64,000 bases of DNA from Octopus vulgaris. Taxonomy: Eukaryota. Location: positions 100,812,001 through 100,876,000 of the forward strand of contig OX597816.1 of NCBI GenBank assembly GCA_951406725.2, given 5' to 3'. The first letter of the stretch is position 1, and every line of letters starts with the position of its first letter. The translations under genes were made by a program, and so were the position numbers. A model generated the notes under the pieces. That model had not been told where the DNA came from, made no database searches, and saw nothing but the letters and a program-made list of their open reading frames with translations. Below are positions 1-12,787 of the stretch, piece after piece.

Positions 1-1033
1 TGCTTTCTTTTTTTCCTTTCATTCCTTCTACTAGTTTTATACAAATCAAAAGATGTCTTGTTTGATCAAATGTTAACTCTGAAAACTTTGTAAATGCGGT
101 TTTGTTAATTTTAATAAAAAAAAATTCATTAAAATAGCAGGTAATTCTCTCTCTCTCATTTTTTTCCCAGTATATTCCTATCAGTTTAGTTATCCTACAG
201 AATAATAGTGATTTTACAGAATAATGTTGCTTAAAGCACTTGCAGCCGAACTATAATTATTTTCTCATTTTACAGTGCTTTATTCAATGGAAATTTCATT
301 TAACAAAGAAACAATGAAGTTAAATGAAGAGAGTTTTATTTAGTATTTTGTTTTATCTGAAATAATTTTTTTCATATTGACTTCTTTTATTCTTTTTTAT
401 TATTTTGTTTTCTTAATTTATCATTATATTATATTTGATAGCCTATCTCCTTGTCCTGTACTTATTACTTTACTTATTTCTAAAGTCAAACTAATTTTGA
501 CTAAATAATACTTTGCTTAGTATCAAGATTATGACAGTAAAAATGCAACTCAGTACAACAGTTTTGATACAAGCAATAAGAATTAGATTGCCACCAATTT
601 AAAGGTTAATTTATTTGGGGCCAACCTGACTAATCATAGCTGCAGTGTATATGTTCAATCATTTTATGGCAAAAATGAGGATTTCTTCTTGAAAAACTCA
701 GTTTCTATAAAACTTTACTATACCTTTGCCATGGAAGTGCATAGATTTTTATCCACAAATATACCATCAAGCATGTTCATTTCTGTCTGTTACCTGTTAC
801 ATAAATACTGTGGATAGTTAGTGATATTAGCCGGAATATAATGACTAAAGGCAAAAAATTTTATCAATAGGCTTTCTAACTTCTTAAACTGAAACTTGTA
901 GATGTTTACATTTATATTCAGAAATAAATAACAATATCTTACTCTAAGCTGAATTACATACTCTAAATTGTACCATTGTCAAAATGGTGTTTACTATTCT
1001 TATTTCATCAGCATCATCTTCCTGCTATGGTCC

Positions 1034-2293
1034 ATTATCATCGTCATTGTTTAAAGTCCTTCCATGCTTCCATGCTTGCATGGTTTGAATAGTTTGACAG
1101 GAGCTGGCCAGGTGGAAGCCTGCACCATGCCTCTGTGTCTGTTTTGACATGGTTTTCATGGCTGGATGCCTTTCCTAACACCAACAACTCCATAGAGTGG
1201 GCTGAGTGCTTTTTAAGTGGCGAACATTTTATTGCTGGATGCCCTTCCAAATGCCAACCACTATATTGTGTGGACTGGGTGCTATTTAAGTGGCACCTGC
1301 ACTGGTGGGGTCACTAAGTGACTTTGCAACACAAAGAGTCTTTGAGATGAGAGGGGGGGGCATTGTGTCAGATGATGAAAGATTCGAGTGTAACAGAGAA
1401 GTAGAAACAGATATCATGCTGTAGAGGAGGTCTATGGCTACCCAGACAGAGAGAGGGAGAGAGAGAAGAGAAAGAGAGCAAGAATTAAAAAGAATGAGGG
1501 CAGAAACAGTTACCTGAAGAGAGAGAGAGAGGGAATTAACAAGAAAGAGTTGTATTGCTGTAAAGGAGATACATGGTTACCTAGCCAGTGGTAAGAGCAA
1601 GGGAAGGAGGGAGTGAAAATGATCTAGAATGACAGAAATGGGTTTATTGCTGTAGGGGAGATACATGATTACTCAGCCAGAGGAGACAGCAAGGGAAATG
1701 GAGAGAGAGTAGGAGACAGTAAGAGCAGGAGAGGGAAGGTGGGAAGTGCCATGGTATACTTGCAAGGAACAAGAGATCAGGGCATAGATGGGATGGTAGA
1801 GTTAGGAAGAGGGAGATGAATGGTGACAAGTGCTGGCAGGATGTTGCCAAGGAGTTGGAAGTGGGGGGGTGAAGGAATGTGGTGACTAGTGAGAATCTGG
1901 GTAGAAAGGGAGGGGACGGGGGAGGCAACAATACAGTTAGCAGGGTAGTGTGGATGGATTGGGGAGTGAGGAATGCTGTGACTGGTGAGAATCTGGAAAT
2001 GTGAGCAGGGTAGCAAGGACTGGATTGGAGAGTGGGAGATAATCATAGTGTATGAAGAGAAAATGTGAGGAAGAGAAGAGAAACAGTTTGGGAAGGGGAT
2101 ATAGTTTGGTTTGTTGGGGTAGGGTGTGTGAAAGTTTTATTGTAATGTGTGGGTGGGCACAATACTTCTAGAACTAACTCAGGTTTGCTGACCTGGGATG
2201 GGGATGTAGTTTGGTCTGTTGGGGTAGGGTGTGTGAAAGTTTTACTGTTGCATGTGGGTGGGACACAATACTTCTAGAATTCAGGTTTGCTGA
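1034..2293 (-). mobile_element. Old RTE-LINE-derived 3' fragment with purine-rich UTR
   Basis: Degenerate (CAT)n tail followed by the ggatgcccttcc...ccaaccact motif shared with the LINE at 43046; long GA-rich tract. Confidence 0.65.
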
Positions 2294-2320
2294 TATGTAT
2301 GTGTGTGTGTATATATATAT

Positions 2321-2323
<3 letters not shown>

Positions 2324-2352
<29 letters not shown>

Positions 2353-4010
2353 TATCATCATTGTTTAACATCCACCTTCTGTGCTGGCATGGGTGGGACA
2401 CATTAACAGGAGCCAGCCAAGTAGAAGCTAGAAGCCTGCACCAGACTTCTGTGATTGTTTTGGCAGGATTTTTAAAAATAGATGCCCTCCCTAATACCAA
2501 TCACCCAGTAGAGTGGACTTAGTGCTTTTTATGTGGCACAAGCACAGACAAGGTTCATTTTGGAAAGGTTTTTACAGCTGGATGCTCTTCCAAATGCCAA
2601 CCACTCAACAGTGTGGACTTTTTAATTTGCACCTGTTTTTTAATTTGCACCTGCACTGACAGGATCACCAAGTAACTTGCAAAACAAAAATCTTTTGAGA
2701 GGGGAGGGGGCACTGGAGGAGGTGATCTTGTATCAGATGATGAAAGGTTATATTGAGACAGAGAGACAGAAACAGGCATCTTGCTGTAGAGGAGGTATGA
2801 GGTTACTCTGCCCAAGAGAGAGAGAGAGAGAGCTGGGTCAGGAATGAGGACAGAAACAGGTATGCTGCTGCAAAGGAGATACAGAACCTGAAAGAAGTTC
2901 AGGAGGAGAGAGTGTGGGAGACATCAGGATAGAAATGGTGGCAAAGTGCTGGGTATACTCACATGGGACAAGGATCAGAATATAAATGGGATGATCAAGT
3001 AAAGGCAGAGAGGGATATAGATGGTGGCAAGTGCCAGGGCATACCCTTGAGGTTCGAAGGTCATAATATAAGTGGCAGGATAGAGCCAAAGAAGTGTGAT
3101 TAGAAAGTAGGGAATGGAAGTGAGTGATGAAAACCTGGGTATATAGAATGTGCAGTGGGGAGCACTGGAGAGCAATGATACAGAGAAACAGGGCTGTGAG
3201 GACAAGATGACAGGATTGGGGAGTGAGAGGTAGGCATAGGGCAAGGAGGAGGAAATGTGTGGAAGCGAAAAGATATAGATTGGTTTGTTGGAGTAGGGTA
3301 AGTGAAAAGTTTTCTTGTTACATGTGGGTGGAACACAAGTTGGGGGCTGGCAGATAGCAATGATACAGATGCAGTTTGGTTTGTTGAAGTACAGTGTGTA
3401 AGAACTTTTCTTATGTGTGGGTGGGACACACTGCTTCTAGAACTCAGTTTCACTGACTTAGGCAGGTCTCCTCAATCTTATATCGCCAGATATCTCATTC
3501 CATTTCCATTTCCTCTGTGAGACCCAACACCCTAAGATCTGTCCTTACCACTTCATCCCATGTTTTCCTGGGTCTCCCTCTTCCACAGGTACCATCCACT
3601 TTCAGTGATCAGGACTTCTTTATGCAATTGTCCTTATTCATACGCATCACATGTCCAAACCAATGTAGTCTTCTCTCTTGTATGTTACATTTGATTCTTC
3701 TTACACCCAACTTTTCTCTCAATACATTTGCACTTTGTTGTACATGCACACTGATGATGCACATTCAATGGAGTATACTGCCTTAATTTCTCTACAGTCT
3801 GCACATGTCTTCTCCATTCAAAGCCCATGTCTCACTACCATGGAGTATAGCTGTTTACGCACAAGCAACATACAGTCTACCTTTCACTCTGAAAGAGAGT
3901 CCTTTTATTGCCATCAAAGTTAAATAGCTCTCTGAAACTTCTTCCACCCTATTTTTATTCTAGAAACAATACTTTCAGAGCATCCTCCACCATTGCTAGT
4001 TTGGTTACCT
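2324..4010 (-). mobile_element. Old 5'-truncated RTE LINE (3' UTR plus decayed ORF end)
   Basis: (CAT)n tail at ~2324-2360; 3510-4000 aligns by eye to the ORF C-terminus of the young RTE (43730-44220). Confidence 0.75.
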
Positions 4011-7000
4011 TATATAATATGATATATATATATAAAGATTGATTACTCATTTCTCTGAATCTCAGAGAAAACAGTGGCTTATAGCTGTTTATAGTGTACA
4101 TCAACTTAGATAAGCTAATTTGGATGATAGTGAAAGTGCAAGCAACCTGATTTTTTGATTTACTATACAGTTTTTAAACAGGGATGTACCATATTACTTA
4201 CAATATGTATTTTTAGGGAACACATAACTTTTTAGCTTCACTTTTTTTTTTTATCCTAGCCACAGAGAGAAAATCATGGTATTTACTTTTCACTGCCAGG
4301 TGAAAATCATATACTTTCTAAAGATAAATATACACTCTAAGTTTACTTTTTATATCTCTATTTAGATTTCTAGATTTTTCTATTTTGTTTTCAACCTTTA
4401 CAAACTGGTAATGTAAAACTAATATTTTCAAAAGTAGCAATATTTGTTTCTTTATTTAAATGTGTATGATTTAAGTTCAAGATTTTGTAGTTCTATTTAC
4501 ATGAAATTATGTTGTATTATGGTCAAACACATCATATAATTTGGACAAGACATTGCATTTCTTCCTATAATAATAGGTGGCCCATTCAGCTAGGGCACCA
4601 GCATGTCACTGAAACTGAAAAATTCTGTTTTTCAGAAGACCCTTGAAAAATTTCTAAACCCTATAACTTTCCTTTTTACTTTCTTTGCCTATTACATTAT
4701 TTGTAATGCTAAAAGTACAGGAAAGGCACATCCTTGTTTAATACTGATGGCAAATTGTTATTACATTGATAAGTAAAAGACTGTATGATGTTATATGCAA
4801 ATATCTATTAGTCAAAGAAAACTCAGCGGAGAACTTAATGTGAAAAACTGTCCAAGTAAATATCAAGTGAAGTTTGTTCATTCCAAAGAATTATTTCAGT
4901 GTCAGCTATAACTCTGCAGTATCCCAATTCACATCTAACATGAAATAGCTTGCAAATTTATTCTTAGCACATTTTACAGTTTATTATTTAGTGTAATTAC
5001 TCATCTTCCAATCCACTGTAAATGACTTCAGTCTTTGGTATAGGTAACATGATCTCCATAACCTTTTGTCTTTACACATTGTTACTATACTTTCTATTTA
5101 CCTATTGTTATTTGCTTTCACTCATTATCTTTAATAGAAATTACTGCAAGTTATGTTGACAGATACAAAAGATGTTGAACTGATAGCTTTAAAACTACCA
5201 AATATCTAACAAATGTTTCTCTGTATAGTTTTAATTTACAAGTTTGTGAGTGTCTCAGAGAGTAAGTTTTCCCTAAATTCTAGTATTTCTTAATGGGTGG
5301 CTGGTATGTTGATTGATTTCTTGGGATAAGAGAAATTTCTGAGGGAGGGTGTAAGAAGGTGGTAAAATGTATGAACTAGAAATCAAAACATTGCTGTGGA
5401 CCCAAACTTACTGAGTTCTTAATATCAGACTGCATTACTTGTCACATGCTAAATATAAATAATAAATCTACTGACTAGTTTTCTCTATATATTTCTTGTT
5501 ATAAAATTGGCCATTTAATACTCATTCTTTCACTTTATTGATATCAGTACTTATTCAGTTCCTTACAGTTTCACTTTTGTGATAGAGATTAGATTAGTAT
5601 AATAAATCTCAATATTTTCTGCTTGCTGTTTTCAGAGCAACAGCTTATATTTTAACAATCACATTTTATTCTTTCCCTAAACTACAGAACTTGAAACAGA
5701 CTCTCCAATAAAAGTTTACTTAATCAACTGGATGAGATCAAGCATCCATTGTCTTTCATGTCTTTATGAGAATAATGGTTTCATGCAGCTGGGGATTTGT
5801 TTTCTTTTCTTTTCATCAATCTTACGGTCAATTCTGTATTTTATTCATAATCAGCTTGGATGATTTGTGCTTTGGGATTATATCCCTGTTGTGTTTTAGC
5901 TGTATTGCTGGCTATTTTTTCTGTGCATTTGAAATTATATTTATAATGTACATATTCCTTAGGGCAAAGCCCTACCCATTGATCTTGAAGCATTATTAGT
6001 AGTAATTGTAGCAGTAGCATTAAATAATGTTAGATCACTAATATATTAACTGTGAAACCTAATTAGAATAAGGAGCCAGAAACTTTAAAGGCTGCTTGCT
6101 TCTTTTGTTTTTAACTAGTAACATATCTTAGTAAAATTACTACTGCTGAGAGTTTAACACAAATATCCTGCTAGGAAACAATATTTGCAATACCAATTTT
6201 TACGGCAGCTACTATTATTGTTGTAGTCTTCATCATCAAATCGTAATCCAATATCAAGAACTTCTTGAACTGAACTTCTTGTCAGGTCCACATTTTGTAT
6301 ATTGACATAATTTCTGTCATTGAATTCTCAAGGGAAGACTGTCAAAAACGATAAACAAAAATGTTTCAAATATATTAATGGAACAGTATTGGGAACATGT
6401 GCTTCAAAGAAACAAAAAATTACATTTTCTCTCAATCAGTGGAGAATTTAGCTTATTTGACTATTGTATTGAAAGTAAGGAATAATGGTTTTACATTAAG
6501 CAAAAACGACAGTTGAATTTTGGTTTTAGTGGCATATCTGTAGTTACCAGTTATGTTCACCTTGTATTTGTAAATAAAAAACTACTTTGTTATAAATGGG
6601 TCCAGCTTTGGTAACTATGCATTTTAACAGCTTTGTTGTCATTCTAAGACTTAGTGCCCTATCAGTTTGTTGCATACGTTACTTCACATTATTTTTGTTT
6701 GAAGTCAACTGGCACTTTAAGTACACAGTTGCAAGTGACATAGGTCGCTGTTATCTACATAATACAATTATAAAGCAAAGAGTATGTTGGACTTAATGTT
6801 TACTGTAAAGCAAAGAAAAAGTTGATTCAAATACTAAGGCATGAGAAAGTTGTAGTATGCAAATGAACAAGTAGAGAACAAGAATAGAAATCACATTTTA
6901 TGAGTACACATATTTCAGAATTGTATAGGGTGACAAATAAATACATAACATATTATTTTTGGTTTCTTACATCTTTTTAGATTTGTGATCTCAAGATCAT

Positions 7001-7164
7001 TCTCTAGATCCTTATGTTTTCTAAGTAAAGTGACAAAGCCTTAAAACTCTGGCAATTATCAGTTACATTTCTCACTATTTTAAAATTTTTTTGTTAATCT
7101 TTATTCTGTATGTTGCAATGTCTACTCTTTAGTTTTATATATTAGCAGGGGCACTTGGTATTTA

Positions 7165-7562
7165 TTTTTACTCTTTTACACATTTCAGTCATTTGACTGT
7201 GGACATGCTAGAGCATCACCTTTAGTCAAAGAAATTGACCTCAGGACTTACTCTTTGTAAGCCTAGATTTTATTCTATCAGTCTCTTTTGCCTAACCGCT
7301 AAGGTTTGGGGACATAAACACACCTACATCAGTTTTCAAGCGATGGTGGGGGAACAAACACAGACACAAAGACACACACACATAAATATATATACTTATA
7401 TATATATACACGACGGGCTTCTTTCAGTTTCCATCTACTAAATCCACTCACAAGGCTTTGGTTGGCCCAAGGCTATAGTAGAAGATGCCCAAAGTGCCAT
7501 GCAGTGGGACTGAACCTAGAACTATGTTGTTGAGAAGCAAGCTTCTTACCACATAGCCATGC
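7165..7562 (-). mobile_element. tRNA-type SINE (family A)
   Basis: Reverse complement of the copy at 46236-46668, with an internal (CA)/(TA) microsatellite. Confidence 0.8.
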
Positions 7563-7989
7563 CTGAGGTTTTTGAAGAAGTGATATAGAATACCTTTTTG
7601 TACATTTCTTCTTTCGTGCAAAGACACTAAGTACTGAGGTGGCAATAGAGACTATGAAATATGTATTTCACTACCAATACTTTGAGCAATACTTTGATGT
7701 TGGTAGATCCTACTAATGATGTAATTAATTACACAATGCTTATATTCTAGCCAGTACAAAGTGTGGATGTGTGAAAATCCATGCCTGTGCCATTGAATGG
7801 AATTTGTATCACCTGCTATCTTTTAAGGGAGCACCTTTCACAAAAGCTAGTGGAATCTAAAGAGAATGTAAAATGCACTAGAATATTGCATAGTATGAGC
7901 ATACTGATTTTCATAGATTTTCATAAAGGCCCAGATGGCTCACTAGAAGTAGTTATTAGGTATTGATACCACTGAGATGTAATTAAATA

Positions 7990-8700
7990 TAGAAGTGTTG
8001 CTTTAAAAGTATAGTAGCCAGGGTAAGAATGGGTTCAAGAAAGTTCATGGAACTGCTATTGCTACTGGCAACAAAGGTCTTTTCCGAGTGAAGAACAAAT
8101 TGTATGACGCTTGCATTCAAATTGCAGTGCTGCATAGTAGTGGGTTGTTGAGAGAAAAAAAAGAGGAAGAGGAGTATGTAAGAAAGAAGGCTACATTGGT
8201 ATAGACATGTGATGTATATGGATGAGCACAGCTGTATAAAGAAGTACCAGTTGCTTAATATGGATGTATCTTGTGGAAGAGTGAGACTCAGGACCATGAC
8301 TCTCACAGATGATAAAAGACTGGAATGTGGTTCTTGAAAAGACCAGCTCAACTTAATGAAACTAAGTCTGGAACCACTGTGTGTGTATACATATGCAAAA
8401 CCAAACGCTTCATCCAATTTTCTCTTCAAGACAACCCCATGACCCATCTTCTCTTTAACCGCAGCTTTTCCTTGATATTCATCTTTCATCTTTAATACTG
8501 TCCTGTACACCCATGTTTTACATTTATCACCATCCCCTGAGACACAAAATTATCTCTCTTTCTCCACCACTACTCTCTTACAGCTACCAGCTACACATAT
8601 CATATCTCTCACCCTCTTTTTTATCCTTCCCCTACCTATTACATCATCAGTGATTTTCTACTGCTCTCCACCCTTGGTCACCTTTTGCCCCTTTTTAGAT
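7990..8700 (+). mobile_element. Decayed RTE LINE fragment, sense orientation
   Basis: Translates SIVARVRMGSRKFMELLLLLATK, homologous to [23 protein letters not shown] of the young RTE; followed by pyrimidine-rich UTR. Confidence 0.7.
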
Positions 8701-10699
8701 GCTTAAGGCTGGTTCTCATGAACCAGTATTCACAGCCAGTTATGTCATTTCCTATCATACTATAAAAATAAGAGTCTGTAAGAAGTATTTTATACAGCAA
8801 CTGTTCAGTGAAGCATTCTATGTATTGCTAAAATCTTTCTTTGGTGATCTGTGAAAGTTAACCCAACACTTTTAGTTTGACATTTGAAAATTTTAGTTAT
8901 TAAAAGTCAGTTTTGTAATATACTGTAGAATATAACTTTAAACTTAACTTAGAATGCAAAAACAATACACCTTTATTCTTTATTGAAGTATTGTTTCCTT
9001 TACTCATAATGTAATTATAAAGTGTGGTACTGTGAAATATGAAAAGTTAATTTTTCTCTTAGAGCTTTTTCTTGCATAATCAAAATAAAACTGGAATTAG
9101 AATCTATGAACTCTTCTATTTAAGTAGTATAATTTCATGAGGAAATAGATATACAAAAACGTGAATATAGAAATCATCCAAAAACAGTAAAAACAAGTCA
9201 ATTGATCATAGCAAACTGAGTTTAGTTTCAATTAGTAAGTTTAGTTATATGTGCTTTCAGGTGAATAAAATTTCACTTTATCAGTTCAGTCCTATAGTTT
9301 CAAATATATAAATATATTTAGAAATATTCATGAATTAAGAAAATGGAAGGAGTAGAGGCATCCGTTCCTATACACCTTTGGCCTCCTTAAGCTGTGTATT
9401 TTGACTGAATGATCTACTCATACTGAAGCAGACTAGTTAGTTTAAGATTTAACCTTGTATATTTTTCATACTTTATTCAATTTTCTTTATAAAACTGTGC
9501 TATTTGAATCAGATTGTCTATAACTTCTGACAGTTAGGGAACTATATTCTATTTTGATCTAAAACCAAATACATTTGAAAAATGTAACCACTGTGCATAC
9601 CCTGAAGTAGCTCAAGTAATATTTTTTCCTGCATTAAAAATATTGATGTTGTATTTGTAATCAAATTTAAAGAAAACAACTTGGTAACTATAAATATGCA
9701 TATATTTGGTGTATGTAAATGTTTAAATGTGCATTAAAGTGTGAAGAGGCAAAATTTCCATTTTTATGAGTATAGGATATACTTTTTAACAAAAACAGGC
9801 TTTCCTTTTACACATACAAATATGCAATTATAGTATGTATGGGAAAAGAATAAATATATTTTATTGGTAACAGTATACACTTGGTTACATATATATAAAT
9901 GTAACACTTGAAAACTGACATCAGGTATAAATATTTCAGATGACTGGGAAATGTTTTTTTTAATCTAGTATTTATTTGAATTAATTTCTTTAAAATACAT
10001 CTAAAATTACGATGTAATATATCTAGACTATTCTATGGGGGAAAGCAGACTTAATTTGTTGATATTAATATCATAGCAATTTATTCATACTGTAATTTAT
10101 TTATCTAAATGAAACAAATATTAATTTCTTATACAATTACAGTACTTTAAATTTATAAAGGTGTGATTTTGCTTCCCTTCCTCTGAAATATTATTGTTGA
10201 TTCTGCATGAATCATTGAGTCTACAAGAAAATGCTGAGATAGTAAAATATATGAGATAAATTATGACTATTCATCACATAATACAAAAATCTAAGCAAAA
10301 GACAATCTGATTCAGATAATAAATTTCACTAAGTACTTTTTCTCTCTCTTTTTATCTTACAGTGAAACTATTCTTCCATACATCAGATCTATTCTAAGCT
10401 CATATCAGAAATCTTTATAAAAGTTCATATTAGCTTTATGTATTTGCTTTTATAATCCTTTTATTGGCATTATATCAGTTCCTTGTTTTAGATTTTCAAC
10501 TCTTCAGAGATTTTGTCTACTATTTGCTTGATCAGTCGTTTGAAGTATTTCACCTCATTATATCACATTTGTGAGAGTCAACTATATTTTGTATTTAGAA
10601 TGCAGAATGCTCCTAAGATATTTCCCCTCAGGCATACTGTCGATATTTATAATTATCTATCTGTCTGTTTCTATACACCTATGTATAGACACAGGCACA

Positions 10700-11150
10700 T
10701 GCATGTCTGTGTAGTTAAGAAGTTCACTTTCCAACCTCATAGTTTTGGATTTAACCCCTCTCATGACAAGTGTCTTGTACTATAGTCACAAAGTGACCAA
10801 ATCCCTGTGGGTGTATTTGGTAGATAGAAATTGAAAGATGCCATTCATATATATTTATATATGTATGTACATATATATGTATAGTATGTGCGGATGTAAG
10901 TGCCTGTGTGTCAATGTGTATTTGTTTACAATTGCACTTTTCCAAAAATTGCCAAGCTACAATTGGCCATGTCATTGACATTTCGTCTGCCAGTAAATCA
11001 TCTGCTGGCTTCTCACCTTCAAAATCAAGTGTAATAAGAGATCCCTTGCGAGAAAAACAGGTGAAAGTTAGCAACAGGAAGGGTATTTGCCCATAAAGCA
11101 ATACCAGAATATATATTCGTGCCACCCATGCTGGCATGGAAAAATGAATT
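10700..11150 (+). mobile_element. Degenerate SINE with family A head and RTE-type 3' end
   Basis: Head resembles 46250-46400; ends cccatgctggcatggaaaa, the RTE 3'-end motif in + orientation. Confidence 0.55.
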
Positions 11151-12628
11151 TAAAAATTAAGCAAATATTAATCACTCTTAGTTTAGCCAACTGAACAGAG
11201 TATGCATTGATAAGTAGGTCTAATAAACCCGAAACATATCCATTGCTTTTATCAGTTAACTTTAGAGACCATATTAATTCTCTTCAATATTGATGGGTCC
11301 AAAACTTTTGATCTGCTAATCTTAAAGGAATTTTGCTTACTGATTGCTTTGATAATCACTGCTGAGCAAAGTTGTTCAACTTAATCTATTACATGTGTAT
11401 GATACAACTGTATGTATCAAGTATGCAGGCACCCCTGAGATAATTTCCTTCAGTCATTGTTATGACTAACATTCATTCAAACAACATACATTCAAATTTC
11501 CTATTACAATCTGATATTAAACAAAATGCTAAACTATGTTACATCAACATCATTTAATATCCGTTTTCTATGCTAGAGGCTTGACAGGAGATGACAAACC
11601 AGAGCTCTAAGTCTACTCTGGTGTGGATGTTCTTCCTACTGCCAACTTTCAATTAAGCTCATGGAAACAAAACTGAATTTTCACAATAATACACTAGAAT
11701 TACTGAGTTTCTGAAAGTATGTAAAAGTTTCAAAAATTTGATAGTGTAAAAATGTATTTCATTAAAATTTGCTTATTATAAGTAAGAAATTTATGAAAAT
11801 GAGATTAGAGCTTCAAGTAGTGGATAAAATAAACCCATACAGAAATTTATTTTCTTCATTTAAGATTTGCTTACCCAAACTTCAGCTCTTGTTGTTTATT
11901 AAGATAATTAACATTTTAGAAACTAGTTACTTTTTTAACCTGGGATAGATTATTACAGACATGAATTAACTATCTTCACTAAATCAATTTCTCTTTTTCT
12001 CTCACTCTCCATATGTGTGTGTGTTTATATTTTCAATTAAACAATGTCTCAAATATGCACAACAGTACAATTCAAGTTTAGTGGTTCCTCTTTATTGTTA
12101 AAAATATATTCAAAATTATTGATGGCAGCCAATGCTGTTATAGTGCATATATTTAAGCTTTGCTACATTGCACCAGTAGTAGCAGTTCATGCAGCATCCA
12201 TGAATCATATTGCAGCAACATATGTATTATTGAGAAACTGTTTCATTGATATAAATATTTGTGAATCTGTGCAATAAATGCCATGCTAGATATCTGCTAC
12301 CATAGCTGTTGTTTACAAGTAGTATTCATATGCTGCAACTATGGTCATTTTGCATTTAAGTAATCATTGCAGTAGCTATATCATCGTTTTTATGCAAGCA
12401 TTGTTCTGTAGTACCCACATTAGATTTGCTATTTTCAAAACATGTTAGCAATGTGCAGCTTCTAAGTAAGCATTGCTGTACACCTAATTCCAAAGCTTTA
12501 TTGTGAACTATCTATATATTAAATCCGATATTATATCTATATGCTATACATTATCTTCTGTTTTCAGTGGTTAAGCCAGCATCCCAAATTTGAATGCTTA
12601 TATCTAACTATTTCATATTTTCTTGCAG

Positions 12629-12787
12629 ACAATATTGGTTGGAGTGGATGAAAAGTCAACAGTTCAAGATCTCCTGGAATTTGTATGCTCAAAACGAGGT
12701 CTTAGTACAGCTGATCATTTTGTACGGTTACAAGTATCTCAGGGCAATTACAGCATCCCACATAGATGTGAACTAATAAAAAAGCTG
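12629..12787 (+). CDS. sif: sif/Tiam exon, Ras-binding (RBD) domain: [34 protein letters not shown]...IKKL
   Basis: tcttgcag acceptor, CTG|gtaagt donor, 159 nt, phase 0/0, RBD-like pattern. Confidence 0.88.

Noticed and set aside
1-12628. Additional upstream sif exons (acceptor-like tracts near 170, 5635 and 10362)
   Set aside because: No open frame with a matching donor or Tiam-like peptide was found; treated as intron, though small exons could be missed.
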